DNA from: Candidatus Eiseniibacteriota bacterium
GTDB lineage: Bacteria > Eisenbacteria > RBG-16-71-46 > JABDJR01 > JAWXBZ01
NCBI GenBank assembly: GCA_034440375.1
Contig: JAWXBZ010000108.1
Coordinates: forward strand, 1-15,249
DNA: 15,249 nucleotides
Direction of reading: 5' to 3'
The position numbers were made by a program, and so were the translations under genes. The notes beneath the pieces were generated by a model. It did no database searches. It was given only the letters and a program-made list of their open reading frames with translations, and was not told where the DNA came from. Positions within the stretch are counted from its first letter, which is position 1. Each line of letters opens with the position of its first letter. Of this stretch, positions 1-7,928 are shown one piece after another.

Positions 1-501
1 GGCGAAACGATCCCACTCCCGCGGGAAGAGGCGTCCTACATCGCGCGTGATCCATTCCACCTCGCGGCGCGACGTGGTTGACACCAGTGCCAGCACGAGG
101 GCGTTGACCCGATTCCGGTGGGCCTGGGCGTAGGCCAGGCCGAGCGTCGTTCCCCACGACAGGCCCAGGACGGTCCATTTTTCGACCTGGTGATGCCGGC
201 GGAGTGCTTCAATGTCGCTGATCAGATGCGCGGTGGTATTGGTGGTGAGATCGACGTCCAGCTCACCGGCCAGTGGACGGCTGCGGCCCGACCCGCGCTG
301 GTCGAACAGGACGACACGATAGGCATTCGGATCGAAGAATCGGCGCTGACCCGGAGTGCAGCCCGATCCGGGGCCCCCGTGGAGGTAGATCGCGGGCCTG
401 CCATCGGGATTGCCGCAACTCTCCCAGTAGATCTGGTGGCCGTCACCGACGTCGAGCCGGCCACTATCGTACGGTTCGATGGCTGGGAATCGGTCTCGCA
501 T
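1..501 (-). CDS. pip: Proline iminopeptidase (prolyl aminopeptidase, peptidase S33 alpha/beta hydrolase), 3' end outside the window
   Basis: Absent from the ORF track; translated by hand from ATG at 501: MRDRFPAIEPYDSGRLDVGDGHQIYWESCGNPDGRPAIYLHGGPGSG...RFFDPNAYRVVLFDQRGSGRSRP...NTTAHLISDIEALR...WTVLGLSWGTTLGLAYAQAH... It has the HGGPG oxyanion motif, DQRGxGRS and a GxSWG nucleophile elbow. The frame is open for 167 codons to the window edge. Confidence 0.93.
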   Translation of the reverse strand, partial: MRDRFPAIEPYDSGRLDVGDGHQIYWESCGNPDGRPAIYLHGGPGSGCTPGQRRFFDPNAYRVVLFDQRGSGRSRPLAGELDVDLTTNTTAHLISDIEALRRHHQVEKWTVLGLSWGTTLGLAYAQAHRNRVNALVLALVSTTSRREVEWITRDVGRLFPREWDRFA

Positions 502-894
502 CGGTTGCCCTTGGCCTCGCGGATCCGGCGCCCTGGATCAGGGGCCCCTCACTCCACCGAAGTGTAACTCGAACCCGCCCTGCGGCCGTTGCCCCAGGTG
601 GCTGAATCGAGCCGACCGCCTCCAGATCGCGCCACCAGTACCAGTTGACTGCGATCAATGGCGGGCGCCTCGGCAGGCCGGGGGATCTGACCCGTCGGTC
701 CCCGGAAAATCCAAAATCACGTTGTCCATGTCGGCAGCGCGAACATCCTGCCGCATCATGAGTTCCCGTGGCTGGGGCGCCGGCTTGCCGACTTGCCACG
801 CGCCCGGTATGGCAGTTGCTTGAACATTGAACGGCGTCAAAGCCACCCGCGAAAGTTACATCCGGCGGGCATGTCCGTGAGAAGGAGGACTCGC

Positions 895-1473
895 ATGAGA
901 TTGTCCAGCCTTTCCGCATGCAGGAAGCTCACCCCGCTCCTCATTACGGGCACTGTCATCGTGACCATTGCGCATCTTGGCTGCGGCAGCCAGGATCAGG
1001 CCACGGCGCCTCTCGCGTCGCAGAACATCGTTCTTGTCCCGACGCCGACGACGCTGAACCCGCTGGATAGCGGAAGTAATAGTGGTGACGGAGGTGGCGA
1101 TGAACAGACCGAAAAATTCATCGTCGCTTCGAATGGGGGCGTGGTGACCGCTGGACGGCACACCGTGATCATTCCCCCCGGAGCACTCTATCAAGACACG
1201 ACCATCCAGGTCGAGGACGAGAGCGATGACGGAGTTGTCCGATGCGAGCTCAAGCCGCACGGGATCAACTTCAGGAATCCGGTAACCCTGGTCACCCGTT
1301 TCTCGGACCTGGACAACCCCGCCGGCTACACCATGTTCTGGGATGCCGCCTCTCCCATGAGTGCCGTTGACATCTGGGTTGAAGTTGGAGGCCAGGTCAC
1401 CCCGGATAGGCTCGGGATCCAGGTCCAGCTCAATCACTTCTCTGCTTACGCACCCGGTAAGGCTGGTTGGTGA
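895..1473 (+). CDS. Probable exported lipoprotein with a ZU5-like beta-sandwich domain (192 aa)
   Basis: AGGAGG at 883-888 precedes ATG 895, favouring it over the track start at 793. Basic N-terminus, hydrophobic stretch and an imperfect lipobox (HLG-C30), then a Ser/Gly/Asp linker. The segment GGVVTAGRHTVIIPPGAL...ELKPHGINFRNPVTL...LNHFSAY resembles the ZU5 signature (IPxGAL, LxPxGxxFxxPVxL, HFS). Confidence 0.7.
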   Translation: MRLSSLSACRKLTPLLITGTVIVTIAHLGCGSQDQATAPLASQNIVLVPTPTTLNPLDSGSNSGDGGGDEQTEKFIVASNGGVVTAGRHTVIIPPGALYQDTTIQVEDESDDGVVRCELKPHGINFRNPVTLVTRFSDLDNPAGYTMFWDAASPMSAVDIWVEVGGQVTPDRLGIQVQLNHFSAYAPGKAGW

Positions 1474-1503
1474 TCGATGAGCCGAACCCCGGATACGAAG
1501 CCT

Positions 1504-3753
1504 TCAGGCCGACTCCAGCCCGACCTTCCGCACCAGCGGTGCGTAGCGCGGATCCATTCGGATCGAGGCAAGGCGCGGATGCACCCGCAACAGGATCAGC
1601 CCGGAGGCGCGTTCGTCGACCGCGATGTCGAGCCACCGAAAGGCTTCGTCGATGTCACCGAGGCTGGCATGCAGGGCCGCGATACCCCAGGCCGAGACGA
1701 CGCGTTTGGATCGGGCTTCGGTGAGCTCGGCCAGGATGCGCCGTGCTTCCGACTCGTTGCCGCTGGCCGCCTCGAGATGGGCGAGCCCGAACGACGGACC
1801 GGCAACCCCTCCGGCGAGCCGACGCCCCTCCTCGTATTCGGCGCGCGCCTCGTCGTAGCGGCCCAGCGCCTCGAGTGATCGAGCCAGATCGGTGTGGGCG
1901 CCATCGAAGCGGGGATCGAGCTCCAGGGCCATCCGGTAGTGAAAGACCGACTTCTCATACGCCCGCGCAAAGTAGTAGGCATCGCCGACGCCGGTGCGGA
2001 TGAGCATCGAGAGGGGATCGAGACTTACCGACTTGTTCTTCGCGACGAGCGCCTCCTCGTGGCGCTCATGCGAATAGAACATGCGACCAAGCACGCTGTG
2101 CGCCATGGCAAGGCCTGGATTCAGCTCGATGGCTTTTTGCAGAGCGCGGATACCGCCCGCGAGATCGCCCGTGTACGGCAGGATCATGCCGATCGAGGCG
2201 TGCGCATCGGCCAGTGACGGGTCCAGCTCGAGTGCCTTGTTCGCGGCCAGGGTCGCCTCCGCGATGGCCTCGGCGGGCGGCGCCATGCCGCGCGAGGCAC
2301 GGGAAATGTGGCAGTCGGCGAGCGCGGACCAGGCGGGTGCGAGCGCCGGATCGAGTTCGATGGCACGCCGTGCGTGGCGCAATCCCATCTCCACGGCCTG
2401 CGGCGAGCCGGCGAAAAACGAGTGACGACTTTTCAGGTACTCGAGATGCGCCTCGGGATTCACCACGGCGCGCTTCGCGAGCTGCGTCGCCTCGGTCGGC
2501 GTGATCTGGATGGCGATCTCCCGTGCGACGGACGCGGCCAACTCGCTCTGCAGCCCAAGGACATCCTCGAGCTGGCGGTCGTACCGTTCGGACCAGAGCG
2601 CCTCGTCGGCACGGGCGGAAATGAGCTGCACGCTGACGCGCACGCGGTCGCCGATGAGTAGCGCTGAACCTTCAAGCACCGCATCCACGTTCAACTCGCG
2701 CGCGATCTCGGGGAGCGACTTTCCGGAGTCCTTGTATTTCATGGCCGAGGTGCGTGAGATGACCCGAAGCGCCTTGATGCGCGCCAGGTCGGAAATGAGC
2801 GCCTCGGTCATTCCGTCGGTGAAGTACTCCTGTAACGGATCCTTGGAGACATTTCGCAGGGGGAGCACGACGATGGAACGGATCACTACGCGCCCGGACG
2901 GCGGGGGCGAATCCGCAGGCGCTCCGGCGCGAAGGTTCCTCAGCGCCTCGCCGACAGCCGCCGCCGATTCCGGGCGATCCGCCGCGGCCTTGCTCAGGCA
3001 GGCTGCGACGAGACTGTCGAGGCCAGCGGGCGTGTCCGCCCGGAGAGAACGGACCGAAGGGGCCGCGCTGGTGAAGATCTCGAACATCAGCGCTTCCGAA
3101 CGCTCCCGGGTAAAGGGTCGCAACCCGGTGGTCATCTCGTAGAGCGTTACACCCAGCGCATAGACATCCGTCCTCGCGTCGTCCGCTTCGCCAAGCAGCT
3201 GCTCGGGGGCCATGTAAGGAATCGAGCCAACGATGTTTCCGGTGTTTGTCAGCTTACCCGCGGTCCGACCGCCCTGCAGCAACAGGGCAAGTCCGAAGTC
3301 GAGGATTTTGGGCTGGCCATCCGCCGTGAGCACGATGTTGCCGGGCTTCAGATCGCGGTGAAGAAACCCGCTGCGGTGGGCATTGTCGAGCGCGTCGGCG
3401 ATGGAAATGCCCAGGTTGATGAGTTCGTCGATCGGGAGCGGCCCCCGCTCCAGTCGCGATTGAAGCGTGCCCCCCGGCACAAGCTCCATGACGAGAAAGT
3501 CCACGTCATCCTGGGAGTCAAAGTCGAAAATGGTCGCGACGCCCGGATGGGAAAGGCGGGAGAGAACGTGGGCCTCGCGACGGAAGCGGTCGCGGGTGGT
3601 CGGATCGTCCAACGCGCCACGGGTGAGCACCTTGATGGCGACCTCGCGGTCCAGGTGTGAATCGCGGGCCTTCCAGACCTCACCCGTGCCGCCGACGCCA
3701 ATGCGCTCGATCAGACGGTAGCGGCCAAGAGTGCTTCCGGAAGCGTGGAGCAT
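1504..3753 (-). CDS. Hanks-type Ser/Thr protein kinase with a TolB-like domain and C-terminal TPR repeats
   Basis: Kinase motifs GVGGTGEV, VAIK, HRDLKPGN, DFG, YMAPE and DVYALG. Then RSIVVLPLRNVS..QEYFTDGMTEALISDL..LRVISRTS (TolB-like) and several TPR units (ALELDPSLADAH, AIELNPGLAMAH, ALELDPRFDGAH). The start is ATG 3753 or ATG 3792; I prefer 3753 because the kinase fold begins right after it. Confidence 0.93.
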   Translation of the reverse strand: MLHASGSTLGRYRLIERIGVGGTGEVWKARDSHLDREVAIKVLTRGALDDPTTRDRFRREAHVLSRLSHPGVATIFDFDSQDDVDFLVMELVPGGTLQSRLERGPLPIDELINLGISIADALDNAHRSGFLHRDLKPGNIVLTADGQPKILDFGLALLLQGGRTAGKLTNTGNIVGSIPYMAPEQLLGEADDARTDVYALGVTLYEMTTGLRPFTRERSEALMFEIFTSAAPSVRSLRADTPAGLDSLVAACLSKAAADRPESAAAVGEALRNLRAGAPADSPPPSGRVVIRSIVVLPLRNVSKDPLQEYFTDGMTEALISDLARIKALRVISRTSAMKYKDSGKSLPEIARELNVDAVLEGSALLIGDRVRVSVQLISARADEALWSERYDRQLEDVLGLQSELAASVAREIAIQITPTEATQLAKRAVVNPEAHLEYLKSRHSFFAGSPQAVEMGLRHARRAIELDPALAPAWSALADCHISRASRGMAPPAEAIAEATLAANKALELDPSLADAHASIGMILPYTGDLAGGIRALQKAIELNPGLAMAHSVLGRMFYSHERHEEALVAKNKSVSLDPLSMLIRTGVGDAYYFARAYEKSVFHYRMALELDPRFDGAHTDLARSLEALGRYDEARAEYEEGRRLAGGVAGPSFGLAHLEAASGNESEARRILAELTEARSKRVVSAWGIAALHASLGDIDEAFRWLDIAVDERASGLILLRVHPRLASIRMDPRYAPLVRKVGLESA

Positions 3754-3909
3754 CTGATTCCTGTTCGTTGAAGCGTGGGCGTTGGAAGTCATGTATTATC
3801 AGCATCTTACACGCAGTCTGGTCAATTCGTATTCTGCGATCCCATTATAATATGTGACGCCTGAGCGTCGCATCGTGCTGACCGCGGAAGAAATGACATG
3901 CCTTGACGC

Positions 3910-3932
3910 GATTTCCGGCGCGGCCGGAAATC
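3910..3932. terminator. Perfect 10-bp inverted repeat downstream of the cyclodeaminase gene; possible terminator or operator
   Basis: GATTTCCGGC-GCG-GCCGGAAATC lies about 55 nt past the stop at 3987 on the minus strand. There is no U-tract, so a terminator role is uncertain. Confidence 0.4.
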
Positions 3933-3986
3933 TCTATGGTGATGCGGGAATGGCGTACATCAAGCGATAGGGCGCGACGCGGGTAC

Positions 3987-4982
3987 TCAGGGAGGGCCGC
4001 CCCACTCGAGCCACGTACCGGCGCCGCTTTCCAGCGCGCGACCATGTATGTGATGGGCCGCGGCGAGATCCTCGATCGCGATGCCGAGCGATTCGAAGAC
4101 AGTGACATCCCCGGGCGAGACACGTCCGACAATCTGGCCCAGAAACAGCTCGCCCAGCTCACCGAGCAGGTGGCTTTCGGCAATGGCGCCCTCCTGCCGC
4201 GGGATCAGGAAGTCGCCCGCCTCATTCAGGCACGACTCGCGGCAGTCGGTAAAGAACCGTGCGCGTTGCACGGCCTCCGTGTCGAGTTCCCGGGCGCCGG
4301 AAAAACAGGAGCCCACGGCATTCACATGCGCGCCCGGTGAGAGCCACCTGCCGAGCAGCACGGGTTGGCTGGACGAGGTGGTCGTGCAAACGAGATCCGC
4401 ACCCCGCACGGCATCCTCGGCGCTCGCCGACACCTCGATGGTGAGCCCTCCGGCCGCGGCCTCCTCGAGTGCGAAGCGCTCGGCATTCGCGCGCGTGCGG
4501 CTCCAGACGCGCACCCGCCGCAGCGTGCGAACGGCGCGCATCGCTTCCAGATGGGTGCGTCCCTGCGTGCCCGAGCCGATCAGGGCCAGATCACCGGCAT
4601 CCTCGTTTGCAAGTACATCGGTGGCGGCGGCCGAAGCGGCGGCGGTGCGGATGGCGGTGATCGAGGTGGCATCCAGGATGGCCAGCGGCTCGCCGTGAAT
4701 CAGGCCGAACAACATCACCACGCCCTGGTGCGAGTCGTAGGGCGTGCCGTGATTACCCGGCATGACGCTCACGACCTTGAGGCCGAAGCTTTGTGGTTGC
4801 CCAAGGTAACCGGGCATGAGGCCCAGAAGCCCGGAGCCGTTGGGAAGCCGCAGCATGCTGCGCAATGGCAGGACCGCGTCGCCGCGGGCATGGGTGGTGA
4901 GCGCCTCGCGCATGAGTCCGATGCACGACGCCATCGGCAGCAGCACCTTGACGCCGGCCTCGTTGACGAACAGCACTTTCAT
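3987..4982 (-). CDS. Ornithine cyclodeaminase/mu-crystallin family NAD(P)-dependent enzyme (substrate not assignable)
   Basis: GLMPGY...GLKVVSV..GN...SHQGVVMLF; ITAIRTAAAS; Rossmann IGSGTQG; GAHVNAVG; ELGEL; FESLGIAIEDLAAA. 331 aa is typical of the family. Confidence 0.92.
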   Translation of the reverse strand: MKVLFVNEAGVKVLLPMASCIGLMREALTTHARGDAVLPLRSMLRLPNGSGLLGLMPGYLGQPQSFGLKVVSVMPGNHGTPYDSHQGVVMLFGLIHGEPLAILDATSITAIRTAAASAAATDVLANEDAGDLALIGSGTQGRTHLEAMRAVRTLRRVRVWSRTRANAERFALEEAAAGGLTIEVSASAEDAVRGADLVCTTTSSSQPVLLGRWLSPGAHVNAVGSCFSGARELDTEAVQRARFFTDCRESCLNEAGDFLIPRQEGAIAESHLLGELGELFLGQIVGRVSPGDVTVFESLGIAIEDLAAAHHIHGRALESGAGTWLEWGGPP

Positions 4983-5073
4983 TTGGAGATCAGCACGGAT
5001 GGCCCCCCTGCGGTGACAGTTTCACGCCGGTTCCCGACGGGCGGAAATCGATTACCGTTTGCCTCACAATCTC

Positions 5074-5102
5074 ATGATACGGTGTCGAAGTCACCCTGTC
5101 AG
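5074..5102 (-). promoter_or_regulatory. Putative sigma70-type promoter for the cyclodeaminase gene
   Basis: On the minus strand, CTGACA (5102-5097), a 17-nt spacer, then TATCAT (5079-5074). Both boxes match consensus at 5/6, in a divergent intergenic region. Confidence 0.5.
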
Positions 5103-5134
5103 TAATAGATCGAGGGGGTCCCCTGGCGAAAAGT

Positions 5135-6055
5135 GTGAAGACGTGCCACGTGTCGGCGGAGCAGGCCGGACGAATCGACCTTGTCGTGGCGGCTCTGACC
5201 GGTCTGTCGCGGACCTGGATCAAGGGACTGTTCGACCATGACTGCGTCACTCGGAACGGCCGCCCGGCGCCGAATCCCGGGGAACGGGTCGAGGTCGGCG
5301 ATGCGGTGGAGGTTTGCTTCGACCCGCACACGCGTTATCGGGAGAAGCCCCGCGTGCGCGTGGACCCGGCCTTCCAGGTGCTGTACGAGGACGAGCACAT
5401 CATCGTTGTCGAGAAGGCGGCCTTCGTGCTGACCGTGCCAACCCAGGATGGGGAGACCGACACGCTGGTGCAGCGGGTGGGGCGCTACCTGGGCCGGGGT
5501 GGCCCGGAACACCGGGTAACGGTGGTGCAGCGGCTCGATCATGGAACGTCGGGGGTCATGGTCTTTGCGATCACCGAGGCGGCGGCCACCGAGCTCATCG
5601 ACCAGTTCAAGCGTCATGCGCCGGCCCGCGAGTACGTGGCGCTCGTCTCCGGGCTGGTCAAGGAAGATCGCGGCACGATCGAGAGCCGACTGGCCACCAA
5701 TCGAAGGCTCTCACGATATTCCACACACGGCGAAGATGGCGAACGGGCCGTGACGCATTTCGAGGTCGAGGAGCGCTTCCAGGATGTCACGCGAGTCCGG
5801 GTGAAGCTGGAGACGGGCCGCCGGAATCAGATCCGCGTGCACTTCGCCGAGGCGGGGCATCCGGTACTCGGCGATACGCGCTACCGGCCGGAACTGGCCC
5901 GCCATCCGCGCTGGCGCTCGCGCCGCCAGGCGCTGCATGCGGCGGTGCTTGGTTTTACACATCCGGTCTCGCGCCAACGGATGCGTTTCGAGTCGCCGCT
6001 GCCGCCGGAATTCGGCGCGTTTACCGGGGGCGAGAAGAAACGGGGCGCGAAATGA
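5135..6055 (+). CDS. RluA-family (RluD/RluC-like) 23S rRNA pseudouridine synthase with an N-terminal S4 domain
   Basis: GTG start; S4-like RIDLVVAALTGLSRT; VLYEDEHIIVVEKAA; catalytic motif QRLDHGTSG (canonical HRLDxxTSG); REYVALV; LETGRRNQIRVHFAEAGHPVLGDTRY; RQALHA. Confidence 0.93.
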   Translation: MKTCHVSAEQAGRIDLVVAALTGLSRTWIKGLFDHDCVTRNGRPAPNPGERVEVGDAVEVCFDPHTRYREKPRVRVDPAFQVLYEDEHIIVVEKAAFVLTVPTQDGETDTLVQRVGRYLGRGGPEHRVTVVQRLDHGTSGVMVFAITEAAATELIDQFKRHAPAREYVALVSGLVKEDRGTIESRLATNRRLSRYSTHGEDGERAVTHFEVEERFQDVTRVRVKLETGRRNQIRVHFAEAGHPVLGDTRYRPELARHPRWRSRRQALHAAVLGFTHPVSRQRMRFESPLPPEFGAFTGGEKKRGAK

Positions 6056-7257
6056 TGCCGCCCCCCCGCAAGTCGCCGCATCCCCCGGCGGTTGTGCTTG
6101 GCCTGACGACGAATGGACTTTCGTTCGTGCGCAGCCTCGGGCGACGCGGCATTCCCGTGACGATGCTCGAAACACTCTCCTGGCATCCGGGCATGACCAG
6201 CCGCTACGGAGTCCCCTGTCCCGTGCCCGACATCACCGAGCAACCCGATGCCTGGCTCACCGCGCTCGACGCGATCGCCCGCCGGGACGAACGCCCCGTG
6301 CTGATCGCCACCGGGGACGAACACATCCTGTTCGTCTCCCGTCACCGGGAATACCTGGAGCGGCACTTTCGCTTTCGCATCCCCGCAGCCGGACTTGCGG
6401 AAGCACTCTGCGACAAGCAGGCCCAGTACGAGCGGCTTCTCGACCTGGACTGTCCCCTGCCGAAGACAGCCTTCGTAACGCCTGGTCAGGCCGATTTGTT
6501 CGAGTTCGCCGAGCGGACCATCGGCTTCCCGTGTGTAGTGAAACCAAGCTTCTCCCACCTATGGCGCCGCCGTGCCACCGGCGTGAAGCTGCGGCTGGCT
6601 CACACCCCGGATGCGCTTCGCGCGGCGCTCCGCGACATGGTCGAAACCGGCGAGCCTTTCGTCCTGCAGGAGTTCATCCCCGGCGGCGACGACGCCATCC
6701 ACTGCTACCTGGCGCACTACGGTGAGGATGGCCGCCCATTGGCCTCCATGACGAAGCAGAAACTCCGCCAGAATCCGCCCCGTTGTGGCAACGGCGCGTT
6801 CCAGATATCCACGCACAACCCGGAAGTCACCGCCCTTTCTGAACAGATCCTCGGGCGACTTGCTTATCAGGGCCTCGTGGCCACCGAATTCAAGTGGGAT
6901 GTTCGGGACTCCCGCTACAAGTTGATGGAGATCAACCCTCGCAGCGTCTCCGGCAATCAGCTTGCTGTTGACGTCGATGTTGATCTGCCGTTCGTCTATT
7001 ACCGCGATGTGCTGGGCCTGCCGGTCCCCACGATCGCCTCCTACCGGTCAAACGTGAAGTACCTCCACCTGGGGTGGGATCTGCAGGCCTTCCTCATCGA
7101 ACATCGCGCCGGTCGAATGCCTCTTTTCCCCTGGTTTCGATCGCTGCTGGGAGCGCGCTCCTTCGCGTTGTTCAACTGGCGCGATCCGCGACCCTTCCTG
7201 ACCTATGCGTGGGAGGGTCTTCGCAGTTTCCGGTCGGCACAAAGGTTCCCGTCCTGA
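6052..7257 (+). CDS. ATP-grasp carboxylate-amine ligase (D-aspartate-ligase-like), about 401 aa
   Basis: The real start is the ATG at 6052 overlapping the pseudouridine synthase stop (ATGA), or the next ATG at 6055, not 5314. Motifs: NGLSFVRSLGRRGI, VLIATGDE, LCDK..QY, IGFPCVVKPS, VLQEFIPGGD, EFKWD.RD..YKLMEINPR, DVDLP. Confidence 0.85.
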   Translation: MMPPPRKSPHPPAVVLGLTTNGLSFVRSLGRRGIPVTMLETLSWHPGMTSRYGVPCPVPDITEQPDAWLTALDAIARRDERPVLIATGDEHILFVSRHREYLERHFRFRIPAAGLAEALCDKQAQYERLLDLDCPLPKTAFVTPGQADLFEFAERTIGFPCVVKPSFSHLWRRRATGVKLRLAHTPDALRAALRDMVETGEPFVLQEFIPGGDDAIHCYLAHYGEDGRPLASMTKQKLRQNPPRCGNGAFQISTHNPEVTALSEQILGRLAYQGLVATEFKWDVRDSRYKLMEINPRSVSGNQLAVDVDVDLPFVYYRDVLGLPVPTIASYRSNVKYLHLGWDLQAFLIEHRAGRMPLFPWFRSLLGARSFALFNWRDPRPFLTYAWEGLRSFRSAQRFPS

Positions 7258-7922
7258 TTTCCTCGCGAGAACTCGGTCGGGCCTCGGTGCCGGGAACGGA
7301 GGATCCCCTCATCCTGCTGCAGCGCGGCACCGTCTATGAGATCCGAGTTGGCGCGAGCCTGCTCATGTCCAGCCGGACCCATGGCTCGGAGGAACTTCTG
7401 GCCGAGCGGGCCTGCGCGCGGATTGCTGCCCGAAAGGACGCGCGCGTGTTGATCGGCGGGCTGGGGATGGGATTCACGCTGGCCGCTGCGCTCGGACAGC
7501 TTGGCCCGACGGCGCAGGTCGTGGTGGCCGACCTGATCCCGGCCGTCGTGGAGTGGAATCGTGCTCTGTTGGCGCATCTCGCCGATCGCCCCCTCGAGGA
7601 TCGCCGCGTATCGGTGGTGGAGCGGGATGTGGCAGGTTTGATTCGCGGCCAGCTCGACGCCTGGGACGCCATTCTGCTGGACGTGGACAATGGACCAAAT
7701 GGGCTGACCCGTGCCGCAAACAACTGGCTCTATTCGGCGGCCGGGCTTGGTGCGTCACTTTCTGCACTGCGCCCCGGCGGAGTCCTCGGTGTCTGGTCCG
7801 TGACACCCGATCGCGACTTCGGACGTCGGCTGGCGCGTGCCGGTTTCAAGGTCGAGGAAGAACTGGTGCGCGCGCGTCGAACGAAAGGGGCTAAACACAC
7901 CATCTGGTTGGCCGTACGTTAG
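7254..7922 (+). CDS. Spermidine-synthase-like class I SAM/dcSAM-binding protein (about 222 aa; start codon uncertain)
   Basis: LMSSRTHGSEELLA, VLIGGLGMGFTL, DAILLDVDNGP and LRPGGVLGVWS are signatures of the short spermidine-synthase-like family. The plausible N-terminus maps to CTG 7254, overlapping the upstream TGA, with AAAGG at 7241-7245. The track start at 7074 would overlap the ATP-grasp gene by about 180 nt. Confidence 0.82.
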   Translation: MISSRELGRASVPGTEDPLILLQRGTVYEIRVGASLLMSSRTHGSEELLAERACARIAARKDARVLIGGLGMGFTLAAALGQLGPTAQVVVADLIPAVVEWNRALLAHLADRPLEDRRVSVVERDVAGLIRGQLDAWDAILLDVDNGPNGLTRAANNWLYSAAGLGASLSALRPGGVLGVWSVTPDRDFGRRLARAGFKVEEELVRARRTKGAKHTIWLAVR

Positions 7923-7928
7923 GGATCG

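Noticed and set aside
118-605. Tracked ORFs 118..567, 222..464 and 273..605
   Set aside because: They are antisense or off-frame shadows of the minus-strand pip gene, which has clear catalytic motifs.
805-830. TGGCAGTTGCTTGAA as a sigma54 promoter for the lipoprotein gene
   Set aside because: It lacks GC at the required GG-N10-GC spacing.
1504-2450. Repeated ELDP/ELNP units in the kinase C-terminus
   Set aside because: Ordinary protein-level TPR repeats, not a DNA repeat array or CRISPR.
5314-6051. 246-aa N-terminal extension of the 647-aa ORF, or a possible frameshift fusion of the pseudouridine synthase and the ATP-grasp ligase
   Set aside because: The extension is Arg/Gly/Ala-rich off-frame sequence overlapping the pseudouridine synthase. 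I saw no convincing slippery heptamer near the junction, and the ATGA overlap explains it.
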